A program made the position numbers and the translations under genes. Positions 17,321 through 26,882 of a stretch of 64,000 bases of DNA are shown here, in pieces. A model generated the notes under the pieces. That model worked only from the letters and a program-made list of their open reading frames with translations, had not been told where the DNA came from and did no database searches. Location of the stretch: positions 64,001 to 128,000 of the forward strand of contig JBDRCO010000003.1 in the NCBI GenBank assembly GCA_043821645.1, in the 5' to 3' direction. Numbering within the stretch: the stretch's first letter is position 1; every line of letters starts with the position of its first letter. Source of the DNA: Pseudomonadota bacterium (GTDB taxonomy: Bacteria; Myxococcota; JACRCW01; JAFGSX01).

Positions 17321-19605
17321 GTGCCGAGGCCCTTCCCAGGACCTTCGGTCCCTACACCTTGATCAAGCTGCTGGCGCGCGGCGGCATGGGTGAGATCTAC
17401 CTGGCCCGGACCACCGGTCTGGCGGGCTTCCAGAAGTACTGCGCGGTCAAGAAATTGCTCGAGAAGTTCACCCACGACAACGACGTCACCACGCGCTTCA
17501 TCGACGAGGCCAAGCTCGGCGCTCGCCTGTGTCACCCCAACGTGGTGCAGGTCAGCGATCTGGGACGTATCGGTGACGAGCTGTACATGGCCGCGGAGTT
17601 CGTCGACGGGTTCGACCTGCGCCGCATCCTGCGCTTTTGCCACGAGAAGAAGAAGCGCATCCCGCTGGACACTGCGCTGTTCGTGGTGCGCGAGATCCTC
17701 AGCGGCCTGGCCTATGCCCACAAGCAGGTCGACGCCGAGGGCCGGCGCATCAACCTGATCCACCGCGATATCAGCCCACAGAACGTGCTGGTGTCCTTCG
17801 AGGGCGAGGTCAAGATCATCGACTTCGGCCTGGCCAAGTCGACCCAGCGCAGCCAGGAAACCCAGGCCAACGTTCTGCTCGGCAACTTCGGCTACATGTC
17901 GCCGGAGCAGGCCCGGGGCAAGAAGCTCGACGAGCGCACCGATGTTTACTCGGTGGGCATCGTGCTGTTCGAACTGGTCACCGGGACAAAGCGTTTCATC
18001 GATGACAACCCGATGTCGCTGCTCGAGAAGGTGGCCCATCCCGCTCCCCTGATGCCCAGCGAGCGCGCCGAGGGCGTGCCCACCGAGGTGGACGCGATGT
18101 ACGCCCGGGCGGTGGATGCCGACCTCGAGCGTCGCTACCGCGATGCGGCACATTTCCGGGACGAGGTCACTCGCGTCCTGCACCGCATCAACCCGCGCGC
18201 CGCGCGCGAGCACCTGGCGGGATTTCTCGAGCACCTCTTCCTGGGTGGGCCAGCGCCGCAGACCCATGCCGCTGACGACGACCCACTCAACAAGTCGGTG
18301 TCGCTGGCGGTGGCGGATCTGGTGGCGAGCAGCCCGGCGTTCACCGCGTCCAAGGAGAACGATCTCAAGAATCGTGCGATGGGGGCCTTCGACGACAACT
18401 CACCCCAGACCCAGGAGATGCCCCTGCTTCGCGCGGCGCGTCTCGGAGACGCCCTCGACGAGGGAACGCTGCTAGGACGCGATCCCGAGCCCATGGCGCA
18501 GGTCGAGCCGGTGGTGACCGGGAGCGCGGATCCTGCGAATCGGGCACCCCAGCTTGCGCACGACGATGTCCCCGAGGTGGAGCCACCCACGGGGGACAGC
18601 GCCCGCGAGAGCACCGATCCTGCCAACCGGGCACCCGTGGTGCTGGTCGAGCCGCTGCAGCTGGACCTCCCGGACAGCTCGGCCTTTGACCAGCCAGAAG
18701 AATCGCTTGCAGCGACGGAGATTCACGACGCACCGGCCCTGGACGACGATGAACCGACCCGGGTCGGCTCCGCGCCGCCACCACGGGCAGGCGAAATACC
18801 CCCTGATGCACCGGTGACCCCGGCAGCCCTCGAGTTCGAGGAACTCACGCCCGTCATCGAGGACGACTTCCTCTCCGCGAGCGACGGTGACATCGAGATC
18901 GATGCTCCTGCTCCGACGGGATTCATCCAGGTCAAGCCGCCTCGCGTTGAAGCGCCGCCTGCGAGGGTCGCGCCACCGCAGCCTCCGCCGCTGCCCTCCT
19001 TCAAGGCGCCCCGCGCGCCGACCCCGGCACCCCAGGCCGCCATCCCCACCGGGGGAGAGACCCGTCAGCCCGCACACCGCGCCTTCCCCGTGCCGCAGCA
19101 CGCCGTGGAGGACGAGGCCATCGAGATCGACGTCGAGGAGGCTCCGCCGCCCCTGCCTCAATCGCTCACCAGCGACCTGGAACTCCCCGCGGGGGACAGC
19201 CAGCAGCCCCAGGACCCCTTCCACGAGAGTCTGATCATCGACTTTGACGATGTGGTCGAGGGGACGGGCGCCGGCGATGCTGCCGGAGCTTCTCTGCCCC
19301 GCAGCCCACAGTCCTCTCCCGGCCATGCGGGCATGGCACAGGGTGCCACGCGGCCCCCACCCCTCCCCTCGGGCAAAGGTGTATCACCACGACCCGGTGC
19401 CCCGGCGGGGAATGAGGGCTTGTTCCGCGAGGGAGCCAGGATCCGGCCCGCGGCGTCGGTCCGACCGCTGCGACCTGCCATCTCGAGCGGGACCGGCGTG
19501 GTCGGGCGCAGCCGGCCCGAGCCCCGACGCAAGCGCGACGACAGACCCGTACTCAAGCGAGATGAGACCGCCGACCGCTCGAACGACGACAAGGACAAGT
19601 CCTGA
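17317..19605 (+). CDS. Hanks-type Ser/Thr protein kinase with long Pro/acidic disordered tail
   Basis: ARGGMGEIY, AVKK, HRDISPQN, DFG, YMSPEQ; GTGA overlap with the upstream gene. Confidence 0.93.
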   Translation: MSAEALPRTFGPYTLIKLLARGGMGEIYLARTTGLAGFQKYCAVKKLLEKFTHDNDVTTRFIDEAKLGARLCHPNVVQVSDLGRIGDELYMAAEFVDGFDLRRILRFCHEKKKRIPLDTALFVVREILSGLAYAHKQVDAEGRRINLIHRDISPQNVLVSFEGEVKIIDFGLAKSTQRSQETQANVLLGNFGYMSPEQARGKKLDERTDVYSVGIVLFELVTGTKRFIDDNPMSLLEKVAHPAPLMPSERAEGVPTEVDAMYARAVDADLERRYRDAAHFRDEVTRVLHRINPRAAREHLAGFLEHLFLGGPAPQTHAADDDPLNKSVSLAVADLVASSPAFTASKENDLKNRAMGAFDDNSPQTQEMPLLRAARLGDALDEGTLLGRDPEPMAQVEPVVTGSADPANRAPQLAHDDVPEVEPPTGDSARESTDPANRAPVVLVEPLQLDLPDSSAFDQPEESLAATEIHDAPALDDDEPTRVGSAPPPRAGEIPPDAPVTPAALEFEELTPVIEDDFLSASDGDIEIDAPAPTGFIQVKPPRVEAPPARVAPPQPPPLPSFKAPRAPTPAPQAAIPTGGETRQPAHRAFPVPQHAVEDEAIEIDVEEAPPPLPQSLTSDLELPAGDSQQPQDPFHESLIIDFDDVVEGTGAGDAAGASLPRSPQSSPGHAGMAQGATRPPPLPSGKGVSPRPGAPAGNEGLFREGARIRPAASVRPLRPAISSGTGVVGRSRPEPRRKRDDRPVLKRDETADRSNDDKDKS

Positions 19606-19625
19606 GCGGACTGCGAATTGGGCTC

Positions 19626-21104
19626 TCAGCCTGTACGTGCTGACCGCTTGTAGTTGAGGATCATCCCGAGCAGCGAGGCCAGGCCCACCATGCCAAGCAG
19701 CACCCACACGATCCACGGATTGTAGGTGTCCCACAGCACGCGGGCGGCGTCGTAGGAGCTGGTACCTGGACCCAGCTTCTCGGACAGGGTCGCCATGAGC
19801 TGGTTGGGGTCTATCTTGGCGGCCTCGTCCACGGACATGCCGAACTTCTCGACCAGATAGCGGCGCGCGAACACGGTGCGCGACGAGAAGGTGTCGTACA
19901 GCGGCCCAGACAGGCCGTTGCCCGCAGCCCAGCCTATGGCGAAGGGGATGTTCGAGTAGCCCATGTACAGCGCCTTCTTGTCCGGCGGCGCGATCATGCC
20001 GATGTACTCGCTGAACTTGGGGCTGCAGATGATCTCGCCGATGGCAAAGACGAAGATCATGAATGCGACGACGATGCCCACAGGGGTCAGGCCTGAGCCC
20101 ACGAAGCCGATGAGCCCGATGGTCATGCCTAGCACCAGGGCCACCATCATGTGGAAGCGGCCAAAGAACCAGCTCAGGGGTAGCACCAGCAGGATGATGG
20201 TGAAGGAGTCGATGTTGATGAGCATCTCGGGCTTGGCCGCGCCGTCGGCCATGACGAAGCTCTTGGCGCCGTCTCCCAGCAGCGAGGTCAGCAGAGCTCC
20301 CACGTCGCGGGCATCGACCCACTCGTCGATGAAGTTGGGCAGCAGGTCCCACAGCTGCATGAACATGAACCAGAAACCCGAGATGATGAGCAGGAAGCGC
20401 AGCATGTTCTTGTCACGCCACAGCACGAGCAGGGTGTCGGTGAACACCTCCATCCCGGCCTTCTTTTTACTCTCGGCGGAGATCTCCGGCTCCTTGAACA
20501 GGAAGATGGCGGGCAAGAAGTTCCAGGCGGTGACCAGGGCCGCACCATAGAACACGTACGACCAGGTGGGGTTGGCCTCGTCGCCACGCGCGGCCGCGGC
20601 GGCCATGGGCGCGATGAAGCCGCCGATGTTGACCACCCAGTAGAAGATGCCAAAACCCAGACCCGAGTTGCCCTCGTTGAGCGATTTGGCCACCATGCCC
20701 TGCACCGGTGGCTTGAAGATGGCGGTGCCTGTGCCAACGCAGATGCCCGCTGCCATCATGGTCCAGAAGCCCGTGGCGTTGGCCATGACCACGTAGCCGC
20801 CGATGTTGATGACGAAGGCCAGGAACATGCTCTTCTTGTAGCCGTAGGTGTCGGTATAGCCGCCGGACACCATGGGCAGCAGGCACTGGATGAGCGCCCA
20901 GACCATGTAGATGATGCCCTTTTCAGAGTAGCTCAGCCCGAGCTCGGCCGAGCCCGTGCCCACCATGTACAAGGGCAGCACGGCGCGCACGCCGAAGAAG
21001 GCCAGGCGCTCGCCGGCCTCGATCATGTTGGCGACCCAGAAGTTGGCGCTCATCGCGCGAACCTGCTCGACCAGGGGCACGGCTTTCTTGGGGGCGTCGC
21101 TCAT
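19626..21104 (-). CDS. MFS transporter, POT/PTR peptide-transporter-like
   Basis: ExxERLAFFG motif, GxxxDTYG, FYWVVNIGG, about 12 TM helices. Confidence 0.88.
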   Translation of the reverse strand: MSDAPKKAVPLVEQVRAMSANFWVANMIEAGERLAFFGVRAVLPLYMVGTGSAELGLSYSEKGIIYMVWALIQCLLPMVSGGYTDTYGYKKSMFLAFVINIGGYVVMANATGFWTMMAAGICVGTGTAIFKPPVQGMVAKSLNEGNSGLGFGIFYWVVNIGGFIAPMAAAAARGDEANPTWSYVFYGAALVTAWNFLPAIFLFKEPEISAESKKKAGMEVFTDTLLVLWRDKNMLRFLLIISGFWFMFMQLWDLLPNFIDEWVDARDVGALLTSLLGDGAKSFVMADGAAKPEMLINIDSFTIILLVLPLSWFFGRFHMMVALVLGMTIGLIGFVGSGLTPVGIVVAFMIFVFAIGEIICSPKFSEYIGMIAPPDKKALYMGYSNIPFAIGWAAGNGLSGPLYDTFSSRTVFARRYLVEKFGMSVDEAAKIDPNQLMATLSEKLGPGTSSYDAARVLWDTYNPWIVWVLLGMVGLASLLGMILNYKRSARTG

Positions 21105-21265
21105 GAAGTCCTCACACGGAGCCTGGGGCGCTCGGGTTCATCGGTGTCGAGCCGGTTTTTTACGCGACGGGGCAGGGGGGGGCAAGGGCGGTTTGAGCCT
21201 CCGGCCCTGCACCTCACCCTCGACAGTCCGCGACGTCACCCCCTGCGCAGGCATGGCAGGGCCGT

Positions 21266-22324
21266 TCAATTCACCGTCACCGCTACTCCGGCGTGGTCCG
21301 AGGGCCAGAGCCCGCCCGGGCTGCGCTGATCTGGCGTGACACCCTGTACCGCCACCCCGGTGGCGTCGAGGCCACCGCGCAGGAACACGTGGTCGATGCG
21401 TGTATGCAGGGACGAGGTCGTGTTGCCCAGGTCCGCGGCCTGGCAGCAGGTGCCAGACTCGCTCTGGCCCGCAAGCAACCAGGTGTCGTCGAAGCCGGCC
21501 TCGACCACGGACTGGTACACCGGGTTGCCTGGCGCCGCGTTGAAATCCCCCACCAGCACGGTGGGCAGGTCGGTGGCGGCGAGGGCCTGTACCAGCTCGC
21601 TGACCTGGCCCTGCTGCACGGTGTTGGGGCTGCCCGGAATCTCGAGGTGGGTGTTGACGAACCAGGATCGCCTGTCCTTGAACAGGAGCTCGACGCTGAC
21701 CCAGGCCTTGGGCACGGAGATGGCGAAGGGCGTGCCAGGGATGGGGTAGCGGGTCATGTTCGTGTAGTGATGCTTCGCGGGGTTCTCGACGACAACATCG
21801 CTGCGCGCCAGCACCACATCGCGATCGGTGATGCGGATGTCGTCCTCGCCGCCGGTCGTGGTCATGGGTGCCTCGAAGTCGACGTTGTCCATGCTCACGG
21901 CCACCACGTAGTCCTGCCCTCGCGCCACCAGCGCCTGCTGCAGCAGGTCCAAAAAGTCCAGGACGACGGTTGTGGCTGGCGTGCCCGTCCAGCCATCGCT
22001 GGGTGACTGCAGTCTGTACAGCTCGACCTCCTGCAGTCCCACCAGGTGCGGCTGCGCGGCGGCGATGCGATCGGCGATGGCCTCGGCGCGATCCGCGAAG
22101 TCGGTGGCCTGCACCGCGGCCCAGGCCGCTGCCGTGGCCGCCGGTACCTGGTCGATGGAGGAGACCGAGAACAGGGACTCGAAGGCCGTGCCCAGGTACA
22201 GGTTCCAGGTCAGCACCTTGAACGAGCGGTCGACGGTGGGTTCGGGCTCGTCGGGAGGTGGTGTGGGGGTGCAGGCCAGCATGGCAGCGAGGAGCAGAGC
22301 AGGAATGCTGATACGTATCGACAT
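21266..22324 (-). CDS. Endonuclease/exonuclease/phosphatase (EEP) family lipoprotein
   Basis: Lipobox MLAC; TWN, GLQEV, NTHL, GDFN, RIDH, SDH motifs. Confidence 0.88.
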   Translation of the reverse strand: MSIRISIPALLLAAMLACTPTPPPDEPEPTVDRSFKVLTWNLYLGTAFESLFSVSSIDQVPAATAAAWAAVQATDFADRAEAIADRIAAAQPHLVGLQEVELYRLQSPSDGWTGTPATTVVLDFLDLLQQALVARGQDYVVAVSMDNVDFEAPMTTTGGEDDIRITDRDVVLARSDVVVENPAKHHYTNMTRYPIPGTPFAISVPKAWVSVELLFKDRRSWFVNTHLEIPGSPNTVQQGQVSELVQALAATDLPTVLVGDFNAAPGNPVYQSVVEAGFDDTWLLAGQSESGTCCQAADLGNTTSSLHTRIDHVFLRGGLDATGVAVQGVTPDQRSPGGLWPSDHAGVAVTVN

Positions 22325-22339
22325 GGTGCGTCCTCGTCG

Positions 22340-22666
22340 TCAGAGCCAGCGCCTCAACAGCGTCAAGCCGCCGAAGGCGACGACCACCGGGACCATGATG
22401 GCGTAGGTGTGACCCGACGTGAGATCGAAACCCACCACGGATCCGGGCGGTGCCGGATGCAGCTTCGCATAGCCCAGGTAGAAGGCACCCGCCCCGCACG
22501 CCAGCAACCCACCCACGCGGTTGATCCGGTACCAGGCCCTGTCGTCGGCCATGGCCTGGCGTGATCGGAAACCGTAGATGCGGTTACGCGGTACGAGGCC
22601 CAGCAGCAGGGGCAGGCCGAGGACCACAAAGAGCATCGCGGGGATGAAGAAGGGTTGATCGGTCAA
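22340..22666 (-). CDS. SdpI/YhfL family membrane protein
   Basis: PRNRIYGFRS...W...NR..G signature; three TM segments; TTG start with GGAGG RBS. Confidence 0.8.
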   Translation of the reverse strand: MTDQPFFIPAMLFVVLGLPLLLGLVPRNRIYGFRSRQAMADDRAWYRINRVGGLLACGAGAFYLGYAKLHPAPPGSVVGFDLTSGHTYAIMVPVVVAFGGLTLLRRWL

Positions 22667-22683
22667 AGTCGCCTCCGGCTCGG

Positions 22684-23913
22684 TTACTCGAAGATCTTTT
22701 CTCCCTCAACATCCCAGTTCTTGGCGTCGTGCTCGATGTCGCGCTTGGCAGGCTTCTCGCCCATCAGCTCGGCGTAGTACTCGTGCTGGATGAGCAGGTT
22801 CATGATCTGGTTGGTGCCGGTCCAGATCATGGTCAGGCGCGCGTCCCGCAGCAGGCGCTCGACCGGGAAGACGTCGGTGTAGCCGATGCCGCCGAGGATC
22901 TGCATGGCGTTGTTGATCACGGTCCAGCTGTTCTCGGTCGACACCTTCTTGGCCTCGCTGACCAGGCGCCGAGCGTCCAGGCCAGCGTCGACGGTGCGGG
23001 CTGCCGCGTAGCACAGCGCCCGCGCTGCATCGAGCAGGGCAATGCTGTCGGCGACCATGAAGTTGACGGCCTGGAACTTGTGAATGGGCCTGCCAAAGGC
23101 CTTGCGCTTGGTCGAGTAGCGGGTGGCCACCTCGAGCGCGGCCCGGGCCGACCCCGCGGCTCCGGCTGCCGAGGTCAGGCGCTCGGGTATCATCATGTAG
23201 TTGAAGATCTCGCCGCCCTGGCCCTCGGCACCGATGCGGTTGCCGACGGGCACGCGGCTGTCCTTGAACTGGATGCGCCCGGCGCCGCCGCCACGCGTGC
23301 CCATGAGCCCGTAGATGTGGTGCACCACCACGCTGTCGTCGCGCTCGACCACGAACACCGAGATGTTGTGGTGCGGGTCCTTGCCGTCGCCGGTGCGGGC
23401 GTAGACCAGAAAGAAGTCCGCGCCTTCTGCCCCCACCACGAAGCGCTTCTGGCCGCTGAGCACGTAGTGGTCACCGTCGCGGCGTGCAGTACACGTGGCG
23501 CCGAAGAAGTCGCTGCCACCGCGCGGCTCGGTCAGGGCCTCGGCGCAGGTCTTGTCGCCGGCCAGCATGGGGCGCAGGAAGCGCGCCTTGTGCTCGTCGG
23601 TGCCGAAGCGGTGCAGGGCCTCGCCGACGATGCTGGGCAGACTGAACAGGCAGCCCAGGGATGAGGACAGCACGCCGATCTCCTCCAGCGCCACGATCTC
23701 CGAGGTCCAGGGCAACCCACGGCCACCCCAGGCGGTGTCGAAGCGCAGGCCAATGAGGTTGGCACGGCCCAGGGCCTCGAGGTACTGCCGCGGGTACTGG
23801 ATTTTCTCGGCGTCCATGTCGCGCACCAGTGCCGCGGGGACCTGGGTGGCGACGAAACGACGCACCTCGTCTCGCAGCGATCGATCACTTTCGGTGAGCA
23901 GTGCCTCCAGCAT
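22684..23913 (-). CDS. Acyl-CoA dehydrogenase
   Basis: ALTEPRGGSD, GQKRF, RKAFGRPI, QILGGIGY, IWTGT; GGAGGA RBS. Confidence 0.93.
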   Translation of the reverse strand: MLEALLTESDRSLRDEVRRFVATQVPAALVRDMDAEKIQYPRQYLEALGRANLIGLRFDTAWGGRGLPWTSEIVALEEIGVLSSSLGCLFSLPSIVGEALHRFGTDEHKARFLRPMLAGDKTCAEALTEPRGGSDFFGATCTARRDGDHYVLSGQKRFVVGAEGADFFLVYARTGDGKDPHHNISVFVVERDDSVVVHHIYGLMGTRGGGAGRIQFKDSRVPVGNRIGAEGQGGEIFNYMMIPERLTSAAGAAGSARAALEVATRYSTKRKAFGRPIHKFQAVNFMVADSIALLDAARALCYAAARTVDAGLDARRLVSEAKKVSTENSWTVINNAMQILGGIGYTDVFPVERLLRDARLTMIWTGTNQIMNLLIQHEYYAELMGEKPAKRDIEHDAKNWDVEGEKIFE

Positions 23914-24051
23914 CGCGTCCTCCACGCATCGCGGGTTGTGCCGGCCCGACACGACCGCTAGCCTTGCCAGCCTCGCGCACCCGGGCCGGAGCGCATGCTA
24001 GCAGACGCGTCGCTGCAACGCAGGCCCAGGTCGCCCCGCTGGAGGATGGTG

Positions 24052-25656
24052 ATGTCGATACAGCATTGTTCGCGCTGCCCGCTGTTTTTCTCCGTGCTGC
24101 TGAGCACGGCCCTTTTCGCCGTTGTGGCCCGTGCGAATGACGGCCGTGATCGCTACCAGCAGGGCTACCCCAACGTGATGGTCCACCTGGATGGTCCGCT
24201 TTCCCCCGAGGCGGGCTATCGCGTGCTGGCCGACGACATGGAAGGCGGTGCCGACGGCGACCCGGCCTTTCGCTGGGGACAGAAGCACGCCCTGGCCGTG
24301 GTCGAGGTGGCTGCGCGGCACACGCGACAGGCCCTGGGCATGGGCCCCTTCGAGATGGCGCTGTTCGACATGTCGGCGGAGAACGGCGACACGCCGGTGG
24401 ATTTTGGATGGAAGCGTGCGCTCAAGCCCGGCGAGCTGTCACCACCACCGCGCGGTCGCCACCCCGGTGGATCCCACGACGGTGGTCTCAACCTCGACCT
24501 CGGCTACTACCTGACCTCACTCAAGGGCAAGGTTCTGGCCGAGGACTACGCGGCCTGCACCGAGCACCACGACGCCACCGCCAGGGACGCTGCCGGCAAA
24601 CCTGTGGACGTGAACCGGTGCACGGGCCCTGCCGACCGCCTGGACGTGGAGCGCCAGAGCTTCTTCGTGCTGGAGTTGCTTAAGCTGCACCGCGATCGCT
24701 TCGGAGCCTCGCTCATCGACGAGAGCGGCATGGATCAGAAGGTCAAGGAGGCGGTGCTGGGGCAGCTGCTGGCGTGGGAGAAGAGCAAGCGCCACGGTGT
24801 GACGAGGCAGCACATCCAGGACCTCGAAGCCCTGTTCAGCCACGACCGCTGGGGTGGCTGGCAAAAATTTCATCACCACCACATGCACCTGCGCATCCAG
24901 CCTTTTCGCACCACCGGTCCGCTGCGGGATGCGGCCACTGGCATCGAGGTCGAAGCACGCAAGGTGCGCGCGGGTTTGCTGGCCCAGGCCCACGCGGACT
25001 GGCCCGTGGCCCTCGATGCGCAGGCCCTGAGCTACAAGCTGGAGCGCAGTGTCGAGGTGCACGCGGTCAAGCTGCGCGAACGCCCGACGGTGCAGGTGCG
25101 CACGGTTCGCTTCCGGCTCGACGGCGGCGAGTGGGTCGAGCCCGACGAACCGCGGGACGATTTTCGCTACATCTTTGACCTGCCGCCGGGTTTGCGACCC
25201 CAGGGCGGTACCGTCACGGTCGAGGCCGAGGTCTCCACCGCCTCGGGCAAGACCAGCACCATCAGCACCACCCTGGCCTTGCCGCGCCTCGATCCTCGTC
25301 TGTTCGTGGCTTACCAGCCTGGCGCCATCGGTGGCGGCGCGCGCATCAAGGGGCGCGAGGTGCGCGCCCAGCTGGAGCTGCCGGTGCACCTCAAGCCTCT
25401 GGTCACGGGAGTGCGCTATCTCCTTTACCCGGCCGACGGCGGTGCGCCCGAGGTGCACGTGGTCGATGCAGGTTGGTTCGCACCCGCTCCGGACGCCCAG
25501 GCGCCCGAAGGTGGCACGCGCAGCCGTGGCAAGCTCGACGGGCTTCCACTGGTGGTCAAGCCCCGCTTCACGACTGCCGTGGCCCTGGTCGAGGCCCAGG
25601 TGATGTTCTCGAGTCGGATGACCGTGAGCGTGCCGCTGCTTGTCCAGGTGCCATGA
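24052..25656 (+). CDS. Secreted protein with a MepA-like (LAS-type Zn) murein endopeptidase domain and C-terminal beta-rich domains
   Basis: Signal peptide (..VARA|ND), HPGGSHDGGLNLD and HHHHMHLRI resemble the MepA H-x-SH-x6-D and HxH motifs. Confidence 0.6.
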   Translation: MSIQHCSRCPLFFSVLLSTALFAVVARANDGRDRYQQGYPNVMVHLDGPLSPEAGYRVLADDMEGGADGDPAFRWGQKHALAVVEVAARHTRQALGMGPFEMALFDMSAENGDTPVDFGWKRALKPGELSPPPRGRHPGGSHDGGLNLDLGYYLTSLKGKVLAEDYAACTEHHDATARDAAGKPVDVNRCTGPADRLDVERQSFFVLELLKLHRDRFGASLIDESGMDQKVKEAVLGQLLAWEKSKRHGVTRQHIQDLEALFSHDRWGGWQKFHHHHMHLRIQPFRTTGPLRDAATGIEVEARKVRAGLLAQAHADWPVALDAQALSYKLERSVEVHAVKLRERPTVQVRTVRFRLDGGEWVEPDEPRDDFRYIFDLPPGLRPQGGTVTVEAEVSTASGKTSTISTTLALPRLDPRLFVAYQPGAIGGGARIKGREVRAQLELPVHLKPLVTGVRYLLYPADGGAPEVHVVDAGWFAPAPDAQAPEGGTRSRGKLDGLPLVVKPRFTTAVALVEAQVMFSSRMTVSVPLLVQVP

Positions 25657-25690
25657 AGTCCTGAAGATCTGTCGGTGGCTTGCCCGAGTT

Positions 25691-26755
25691 TCAGAGTTCC
25701 ACCAGTTCGTAGGACCTGCTGCCGAGCCCCATGCGCTCGGCCGCGGCGAGCTGCACGCTGGCGTCATGGCGGGGATAGGACATGCTCTCCAGGCTCTTGC
25801 CAGCCTGGCGGGCGACCAGATCCAGGGCGGCCTGGTCGATGGCCACCGGATCCGTCGAGGCCAGCAGGCCGATGTCGTCGAGCAGGGGCTTCTGATCCAG
25901 ACCCAGGCAGTCGCAGTCCTTGGTCACCTGCATCACGCTGGTGACGAAGCCGATCTTGCCCTTCTTTTCGCGCACGACGGCCGCGGCGTGGTCCACCACC
26001 CGCTCCTGAAGCTCCCGACCCATGATGCCCCAGCCGAACTCCACCGCTGTGTCGCGGCAGATGGCGATGCACTCGCCGCAACCGATGCAGATCTCGCCGT
26101 CGATGTGGGCGGCGCTGTCCACCGTGATGGCGTCGGAAGGGCACCACTGGGCGCAGGTGCCGCAGGCCGTGCAGCGATCCTCCGAGATGTGCGGCTGCTG
26201 GCCGTGGTGCTGGCGCAGCTTGCCCTTGCGGGAAGCGCAGCCCATGCCGAGGTTCTTGAGGGTGGCGGCGAGACCTGTGCCCAGGTGGCCGGTGGCGTGG
26301 CTGAGCACCAGCACGCTGCGCGCCTGCAGGATGCCCGAGGCCATGGCCACGGTCTCGAAGTGTGTGCCGTCGACCCGCACCTCGATCTCGTCGGCGCCGA
26401 TGAGGCCGTCCGCAGGGATGAAGGGCGCGCCCACGGCCTCGATGGTGAAGCCGTGATCGTGTGCCACCCGGGCGTGGCTGACGCCGTTGTCGCGCGGACT
26501 GCGATACAGCACGGCGGTGTCGGTGAGAAATGGGGTGGCGCCGGCCGCGATCACACAGCGGACCAGGGGTGCCACCACCGCGGGCGAGATGAAGGTGCGG
26601 GTGCCGGGTTCGCCCACGTGCACCTTGATGGCGGTGAGGTCGTGCCGCGTGAAGAGGGCGTCGAAACGGGCGGCCACCCACAGCCTGTGCAACTTCTCGT
26701 CGAGGAGCTGGGGTGAATCGGTGGCGGCCGCGGCGATGAGATGGACCTGGCTCAT
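25691..26755 (-). CDS. DUF362-domain 4Fe-4S protein
   Basis: AIKVHVGE, KNLGMGC, two CxxCxxCxxxC ferredoxin motifs, CDC, STDPVAID. Confidence 0.9.
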   Translation of the reverse strand: MSQVHLIAAAATDSPQLLDEKLHRLWVAARFDALFTRHDLTAIKVHVGEPGTRTFISPAVVAPLVRCVIAAGATPFLTDTAVLYRSPRDNGVSHARVAHDHGFTIEAVGAPFIPADGLIGADEIEVRVDGTHFETVAMASGILQARSVLVLSHATGHLGTGLAATLKNLGMGCASRKGKLRQHHGQQPHISEDRCTACGTCAQWCPSDAITVDSAAHIDGEICIGCGECIAICRDTAVEFGWGIMGRELQERVVDHAAAVVREKKGKIGFVTSVMQVTKDCDCLGLDQKPLLDDIGLLASTDPVAIDQAALDLVARQAGKSLESMSYPRHDASVQLAAAERMGLGSRSYELVEL

Positions 26756-26844
26756 GCCTCAGCACTAGCAGAAGGTCCCGGGCCTGGGCCAGCGCCGAGA
26801 CGGTGAAGAAAGCCTCGACAAGCGCTGTCGCTTCGTGCATCGTG

Positions 26845-26866
26845 ACGCAGTGCGTAATAACGCAGT
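26845..26866. promoter_or_regulatory. Candidate operator ACGCAgTGCGT plus adjacent AATAACGCAGT
   Basis: Same palindrome as upstream of fadN (3333-3343); lies in the divergent intergenic region just before the AGGAGG RBS of 26883. Confidence 0.55.
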
Positions 26867-26882
26867 CAGGAGGAAATAAGCC

